Positions 56,401-64,000 of a stretch of 64,000 nucleotides of DNA are shown here, one piece after another. Source of the stretch: the human T2T-CHM13v2.0 reference genome, Homo sapiens. Location of the stretch: NCBI RefSeq assembly GCF_009914755.1, contig NC_060933.1; one strand, written 5' to 3'. Under the pieces are notes generated by a model. It did no database searches and was not told the DNA's origin. It saw only the letters and a list, made by a program, of their open reading frames with translations. How positions within the stretch are numbered: the first letter of the stretch is position 1; every line of letters starts with the position of its first letter. Both the position numbers and the translations under genes were made by a program.

Positions 56401-59400
56401 TGGAATGGAACAACCCGAATGGAATGGAATGTAATGGAGAGTAAGGGAGTTGAATAGAATCAATCCGAATGTAATGGAATGGAATGGAACGGAATGGAAT
56501 TGAATGGAATGGAATGGAATGCAATGGAATGGAATCAACGCGAGTGCAATGGAATGGAGAGGAATGGAATGGAATGGAATGGAAACTACCCGAATGGAAT
56601 GGAATGTAATGGAATGGAATGCAAAGGTATGGAATCAACCCGAGTGGAATGGCATGGAATGGAACGAAATGGAATGGAATGGAATGGAATCAACTCGAGT
56701 GGAAAGGAATGGAATGGAATGGAAAGGAATGGAATGAAATCAACTCGAGTGGAATGGAATGGAATGGAATAGATTGGAATGGATTGCAACGGAATGAAAT
56801 GGAATGGAATGGAATGGAATCAATCATTCCGAGTGGAATGTAAGGGAATGTAATGGAGTGGAAAGAAGGGAATGGAATCAACCCGATTGGAATGCAAGGC
56901 AATGGAATGGAATGGAAAGGAATGGAATGGAATCAACTCGATTGCAAAGGAATGGAATGGAATGGAATGGAATGGAATGGAATTAAGCGGAATAGAATGG
57001 AATGCAATGGAATGGAAGGGAATGGAATGGAATGGAAGGTAATAGAATCAACACGAGTGCAGGGGAATGGAATGGAATGGAATGCAATGGAATGGAATCA
57101 TCCGGAATGGAATGGAATGGAATGGAATCAACTCCATTGCAATGGAATGGAATGGAATAGAATGGAATGGAATTAACCCGAATAGAATGGAATGCAATAG
57201 AATGGAATGGAACGGAACCGAATGGAGTGGAATGGAATGGAATGGAATCAACCTGAGTGCAGGGGAATGGAATGGAATGGAATGCAATGGAATGGAATCA
57301 TCCGGAATGGAATGGAATGGAATGGAATGGAATCAAACCGAGTGCAATGGAATGGAGTGAAATGGAATGGAATGGAATGGAAACAACCAGAATGGATTGG
57401 AATATAATGGAGTGTAAGGGAATTGAATAGAATCAATTTGAATGTAATGAAATGAAATCGAACGGAATGGAATGGAATGGAATTGAATCGAATGGAATGG
57501 AATGGAATGTAATCAACCCGAGTGCAATGGAATGGATTCGAATGGAATGGAATGGAGTGGATTGGATTCTACCCGAATGGAATGGAAAGGAATAGAATCA
57601 ACCCGAGTGGAATGGCATGGAATGGAATGGAATCGAATGGAATGGAATGGAATGGAATGGTTCGGAATAGAATGGATTGAAACAAAATGGAATGGAATGG
57701 AATGGAATGGAATGGAATAGAATGGAATGGAATGGAATGGAATCAAGTCGATTGCAATGGAATAGAATGGAATGGAATGGAAGGGATTGGAATGGAATGG
57801 AATGGAATGGAATGGAATTAAATGGAATGGAATGGAATGGAATCAACCCGAGTGCAGGGGAAAGGAACGGAATGGAATGCAATGGAATGGAATGGAATGG
57901 AATGCAATGGAATTGAATCAACCCGAGTACAATGGAATGGAATGGAATGGAATGGAATGGAATGCAATGATACGGAATAGAATGGAATGGAAGGAAATGG
58001 AATGGAATGGAATGGAATGGAATGGAATGGAATGGAATGGAATGGAATCGTTCCGAGTGGAATAGGACGGAATGTATTCGAGTGGAATGGAAAGGAATGG
58101 AATCAACCAGAGTGGAATGGAAGGGAATGGAATGGAATGGAAACCAATAGAATGGAATCAACCCGAGAGGAATGGAATGGAAAGGACTGGAATGGAATGG
58201 AATGGAATGGAATCAACTCGATTGTAATGGAATGGAATGGAATGGAATGGAATGGAATGGAATGGAATGGAATTAACCCGAATACAATGGAATGGAATGG
58301 AACGGAATGGAGTGGAATGAAACGGAATCATCCCGAGTGCAGGGGAATGGAATGGAATGGAATGCAATGGAATGGAATCATCCGGAATGGAATGGAATGG
58401 AATGGAATGCAAAGCAATGGAATCAACTCGATTGCAATGGAATGGAATGGAATGGAAAGGAATACATTGGAATCAACCCGAGTGGAATAGAAAGGAAAGG
58501 ACTGGAATGGAGTGGAATGGAATGGAATGGAATGGAATCAACTCGATTGGAATGGAATGGAATGGAATGGAATTAACCCGAATACAATGGAATGGAATGG
58601 AATGGAACGGAACGGAATGGAATGGAATGGAATGGAATGGAATGGAATGGAATGGAATGGAAACAACCCGACTGCCGGGGAATGGAATGGAATGGAATGC
58701 AATGGAATGGATTCAACTTGAATGCAATGGAAAGAATGGAATCAACAGCAGTGGAATGGCATGGATTGGAATGGAATGGAATGGAATCAACCCGAGTACA
58801 GGGGAATGGAATGGAATGGAATGCAATGGAATGGAATCATCCGTAATGGAATGGAAAGGAATGGAATGGAATGGAATGGAATGGAATGGAATGGAATGGA
58901 ATCAACTCGATTGCAATCGAATGGAATGGAATGGAATTAACCCGAATAGAATGGAATGGAATGGAATGGAACGGAACGGAACGGAATGGAATGGATTGCA
59001 ACAGAATGGAATGGAATGGAACGGAAAGGAATGGAATGGAATGGAATGGAATGGAATGGAATGGAATGGAATCAACGCGAGTGCAGAGGAATGGAATGGA
59101 ATGGAATGCAATGGAATGGAATCTTCCGGAATGGAATGGAATGGAATGGAATGGAATCAACCCGAGTGCAATGGAATGGAGTGGAATGGAATGGAATGGA
59201 ATGGAACAACCCGAATGGAATGGAATGTAATGGAGAGTAAGGGAGTTGAATAGAATCAATCCGAATGTAATGGAATGGAATGCAACGGAATGGAGTGGAA
59301 TGGAATGGAATCAACCCGAGTGCAGGGGAATTGAATGGAATGGAATGCAATGGAATGGAATCATCCGGAATGGAATGGAATGGAATGGAATGCAAAGCAA

Positions 59401-62400
59401 TGGAATCAACTCGATTGCAATGGAATGGAATGGAATGGAAAGGAATACATTGGAATCAACCCGAGTGGAATGGAATGGAAAGGACTGCAATGGAGTGGAA
59501 TGGAATGGAATGGAATGCAAAGCAATGGAATCAACTCGATTGCAATGGAATGGAATGGAATGGAAAGGAATACATTGGAATCAACCCGAGTGGAATGGAA
59601 TGGAAAGGACTGGAATGGAGTGGAATGGAATGGAATGGAATGGAATGGAATCAACTCGATTGGAATGGTATGGAATGGAATGGAATGGAATGGAATTAAC
59701 CCGAATAGAATGGAATGGAGTGGAATGGAACGGAATGGAATGGAATGGAATGGAATGGAATGGAATGGAATGGAATGCAATGGAATGGAATCAACCCGAG
59801 TGCAATCGAATGGAATCGAATGGAATGGAATGCAATGGAATGGATTCAACTTGAATGGAATTGAAAGAATGGAATCAACACGAGTGGAAGGGCATGGATT
59901 GGAATGCAATGGAATGGAATCAACCCGAGTACAGGGGAATGGAATGGAATGGAATGCAATGGAATGGAATCATCCGTAATGGAATGGAAAGGAATGGAAT
60001 GGAATAGAATGGAATGGAATGGAATAAACACGATTGCAATAGAATGGAATGGAATGGAATTAACCCGAATAGAATGGAATGGAATGGAATGGAACGGAAC
60101 GGAATGGAATGGAATGGAATGGAATGGAATGGAACGGAATGGAATGGAATGGAATGGAATGGAATCAACGCGAGTGAAGGGGAATGGAATGTAATGGAAG
60201 GCAATGGAACGGAATCTTCCGGAATGGAATGGAATGGAATGGAATGGAATCAACCCGAGTGCAATGGAATGGAGTGGAATGGAATGGAATGGAATGGAAC
60301 AACCCGAATGGAATCGAATGTAATGGAGAGTAAGGGAGTTGAATAGAATCAATCCGAATGTAATGGAAAGGAATGGAACGGAATGGAATGGAATGGAATG
60401 GAATGCAATGGAATGGAATCAACCCGAGTGCAATGGAATGGAGAGGAGTGGAATGGAAAGGAATGGAATCAACCCGAGTGGAATGGCATGGAATGGAATG
60501 GAATGGAATGGAATGGAATGGAATGGTTCGGAATAGAATGGATTGGAACAAAATGGAATGGAATGGAATGGAATGGAATGGAATGGAATGGTTCGGAATA
60601 GAATGGATTGGAGCAAAATGGAATGGAATGGAATGGGATGGAATGGAATGGAATGGAATGGAATGGAATCAAGTCGATTGCAATGGAATAGAATGGAATG
60701 GAATGGAACGGATTGGAATGGAATGGAATGGAATGGAATGGAATTAAATGGAATGGAATGGAATGGAATCAACCCGAGTGCAGGGGAAAGGAATGGAATG
60801 GAATGCAATGGAATGGAATGGAATGGAATCAACTCGAGTGGAAAGGAATGGAATGGAATGGAAAGGAATGGAATGAAGTCAACTCGAGTGGAATGGAATG
60901 GAATGGTATGGATTGGAATGGATTGCAATGGAATGAAACGGAATGGAATGGAATGGAATCAATCATTCCGAGTGGAATGGAAGGGAATCTAATGGAGTGG
61001 AAAGAAGGGAATGGAGTCAACCCGAGTGGAATGCAAGGCAATGGAATGGAATGGAAAGGAATGGAGTGGAATCAACTCGATTGCAATGGAATGGAATGGA
61101 ATGGAATGGAATGGAATGGAATGGACTGGAATGGAATTAACCGGAATAGAATGTAATGGAATGGAATGGAACGGAATGGAATGGAATGGAAGGGAATGGA
61201 ATCAACACGAGTGCAGGGGAATGGAATGGAATGGAATGCAATGGAATGGAATCATCCGGAATGGAATGGAATGGAATGGAATCAACTCCATTGCAATGGA
61301 ATGGAATGGAATGGAATGGAATAGAATGGAATGGAATTAACCCGAATAGAATGGAATGCAATAGAATGGAATGCAACGGAACCGAATGGAGTGGTATGGA
61401 ATGGAATGAAATCAACCCGAGTGGAATGGAAGGGAATGGAATGGAATGGAAACCAATAGAATAGAATCAACCCGAGTGGAATGGAATGGAAAGGACTGGA
61501 ATGGAAAGGAATGGAATGGAATGGAATGGAATGGAATGGAATGGAATCAACGCGAGTGCAGGGGAATGGAATGCAATCGAATGGAATGGAATGCAATGGA
61601 ATGGAATCAACCCGAGTGCAGGGGAATGGAATGGAACGGAATGCAATGCAATGGAATCATCCGGAATGGAATGGAAAGGAATGGAATGGAATCCTCCCGA
61701 GTGTAATGGAATGGAGTGGAATGGAATGGAATCGAATGGAACAACCCGAATGGAATGGAATGTAGTGGAGAGTAAGGGAGTTGAAAGGAATCAATCCGAA
61801 TGTAATGGAATGGAATGGAACGGAATGGAATGGAATGGAATGGAATGTAATGCAATGGAATGGAATCAACCCGAGTACAATGCAATGGAATGGAATGGAA
61901 TGGAATGGAATGCAATGGAATGGAATCTTCCGGAATGGAATGGAATGGAATGGAATGGAATGCAATGGATTCAACTCGATTGCAATGGAATGGAATAGAA
62001 TGGAATGGAATGGAATGGAATTAAACCGAATAGAATGGAATGGAATGGAATGGAATGGAACGGAACGGAACGGAACGGAACGGAAAGGACTGGAAAGGAA
62101 TGTAATGGAATTGTATGGAATGGAATGGCAAGGTACGGAATGGAATGGAATGGAAAGAATTGGAATGGAATGGAATCGAATGGAATGGAATGGAATGGAA
62201 TGGAATGGAATCAACCCGAGTGCAGGGGAATGTAATGGAACGGAATGCAATGGAATGAAATCATCCGGAATGGAATGGAATGGAATGGAATGGAATGGAA
62301 TTGAATGGAATCAACCCGAGTGCAATGGAATGGTGTGGAACGGAATGGAATGGAATGGAACAACCCGAATGGAATGGAATGTAATGGAGAGTAAGGGAGT

Positions 62401-64000
62401 TGAATAGAATCAATCCGAATGGAATGGAATGGAATGGAATGGAATGGAATGGAATGGAATGGAATGCAATGGAATGGAATCAACACGAGTACAATGGAAC
62501 GGAATGGAATGTAATGGAATGGAATGGAATGGAATGGAATGGAATGGAATCAACCCGAGTTCAATGGAATGGAGATGAATGGAATGGAATGGAATGGAAA
62601 CTACCCGAATGGAATGGAATGTAATGGAGTATAAGGGAATTGAATAGAATCAATCCGAATGGAATGGAATGGAATGGAACGCAATGTAATGGAATGGAAT
62701 GGAATGGAATCAACCCGAGTGCAGGGGAATGGAATGGAATGGAATGCAATGGAATGGAATCATCCGGAATGGAATGGAATGGAATGCAATGGAATGGAAT
62801 GGAATGGAATCAACCCGAGTGCAATGCAATGGAGTGAAATGGAATGGAATGGAATGGAAACAACCAGAATGGATTGGAATATAATGGAGTGTAAGGGAGT
62901 TGAATAGAATCAATCCGAATGTAATGGAATGGAATGGAACGGAATGGAATGGAATGGAATGGAATGGAATGGAATGGAATGCAATGGAATGGAATCAACC
63001 CGAGTGCAATCGAATGGAATCGAATGGAATGGAATGCAATGGAATGGATTCAACTTGAATGGAATGGAAAGAATGGAATCAACACGAGTGGAAGGTCATG
63101 GATTGGAATGGAATGGAGTGGAATCAACCCGAGTACAGGGGAATGGAATGGAATGGAATGCAATGGAATGGAATCATCCATAATGGAATGGAAAGGAATG
63201 GAATGGAATGGAATGGAATGGAATGGAATGGAATGGAATGGAATCAACACGATTGCAATGGAATGGAATGGAATGGAATTAACCCGAATAGAATGGAATG
63301 GAATGGAATGGAACAGAACGGAATGGAATGGAATGGAATGGAATGGAATGGAATGGAACGGAACGGAACGGAACGGAACGGAATGGAATGGAATGGAATG
63401 GAATGGAATGGAATGGAATCAACGCGAGTGCAGGGGAATGGAATGGAATGGAAAGCAATGGAATGGAATCTTCCGGAATGGAATGGAATGGAATGGAATG
63501 GAATGGAATGAAATGCAATGGATTCAACTCGATTGCAATGGAATGGAATAGAATGGAACGGAATGGAATGGAATGGAATTAACCCGAATAGAATGGAGTG
63601 GAATGGAATGGAACGGAATGGAACGGAATGGAATGGAATGGAATGGAATGGAATGGAATGGAATGGTACGGAATAGAATGGAATGGAACGAATTGTAATG
63701 GAATGGAATTGAATGGAATGGAATGGAATGGAATGGAATCAACGCGAGTGCAGGGGAATATAATGGAACGGAATGTAATGGAATGGAATCATCCGGAATG
63801 GAATGGAATGGAATGGAATGGAATGGAATCAACCCGAGTGCAATGGAATGGAGTGTAATGGAATGGAATGGAATGGAACAACCCGAATGGAATGGAATGT
63901 AATGGAGATTAAGGGAGTTGAATAGAATCAATCCGAACGTAATGGAATGGAATGCAACGGAATGGAATGGAATGGAATGGAATGGAATGGAATGGAATCA
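44410..64000 (+). repeat. Super-repeat copy B (runs off the window end)
   Basis: Matches the three copy A segments in order, with an extra ~1.2 kb at ~45.5-46.7 kb and a different block at ~55.6-59.15 kb. Confidence 0.88.
56350..59140 (+). repeat. Third, internally deleted copy of the 24.1-28.0 / 46.96-50.85 kb segment
   Basis: ORFs 56479/47079 (offset 9400) and 57067/47672, 57502/48107 (offset 9395). The offset then falls to ~8290 (AAACAACCCGACTGCCGGGG at 50373/58661; CAACAGCAGTGG), implying ~1.1 kb is missing near 57.9 kb. Confidence 0.85.

Larger units (their letters stand above)
1..64000 (+). repeat. Human Satellite III (HSat3) pericentromeric satellite array, GA-rich strand, GGAAT-dominant
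   Basis: Continuous (GGAAT)n from first to last base, with the Sat III hallmark interruption CAACCCGAGT/CAACCCGAAT (reverse complement A(C/T)TCGGGTTG) hundreds of times. GGAGT is a minor variant. There is no strand switch and no non-satellite insert. Confidence 0.97.

Noticed and set aside
15-63931. Hundreds of ORFs (MEWNG.. / FHSIP..) as protein-coding genes
   Set aside because: They are an arithmetic result of a stop-free pentamer. They overlap in all six frames and show no domain content or gene structure.
1-64000. CRISPR-like array (recurrent CAACCCGAGT or TAAGGG modules with 'spacers')
   Set aside because: The intervening sequence is GGAAT satellite, not unique spacers. Spacing is irregular and there are no cas genes or leader.
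1-64000. HSat2, DYZ1 (3.6 kb) or chr15-type 1.8 kb HOR assignment
   Set aside because: It lacks the dense GAATCATCGAATG-type HSat2 pattern and I saw no regular 1.8 or 3.6 kb period. Subfamily and chromosome need a k-mer comparison I cannot run.
1-64000. SCA31 (TGGAA)n pathogenic insertion
   Set aside because: That insertion is a few kb long in unique intronic sequence with TAGAA/TAAAA tracts. This is at least 64 kb of diverged satellite whose pure runs reach only about a dozen units.
1-64000. Embedded Alu/L1, alpha satellite, CENP-B box, rDNA or an inversion
   Set aside because: I saw no departure from the GGAAT register longer than ~30 bp, no poly-A tails and no (ATTCC)n tract on the + strand.

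Overview
The whole 64 kb window is one uninterrupted, single-orientation array of human/hominoid Satellite III (HSat3): (GGAAT)n on the + strand, interrupted every ~30-80 bp by variant modules such as CAACCCGAGT, CAACTCGATT, CAACGCGAGT, TTAACCCGAATAG, CATCCGG and CTTCCGG. I found no genes, RNA genes, transposons, inversions or unique sequence. All listed ORFs are poly(WNGME)/poly(FHSIP) read-throughs of the pentamer. The information lies in the higher-order structure. (1) A rearranged ~22 kb super-repeat: about 22.75-42.2 kb recurs at about 44.4-64 kb, with a 1.2 kb indel and one swapped internal block. (2) A third partial copy at 56.3-59.1 kb. (3) Nested duplications from 60 bp to about 4 kb. 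(4) A fixed order of variant modules with a ~0.6-1.2 kb quasi-period. The most notable functional candidate is the variant pentamer CTTCC/GTTCC/CTTCT, which creates a perfect three-unit heat-shock element (nGAAnnTTCnnGAAn) about 45-50 times, inside a dense field of TEAD-type GGAATG sites. Block boundaries were read by eye from diagnostic variants and ORF-track offsets and are approximate (about +/-50-100 bp). I cannot assign the chromosome or HSat3 subfamily from the sequence alone.
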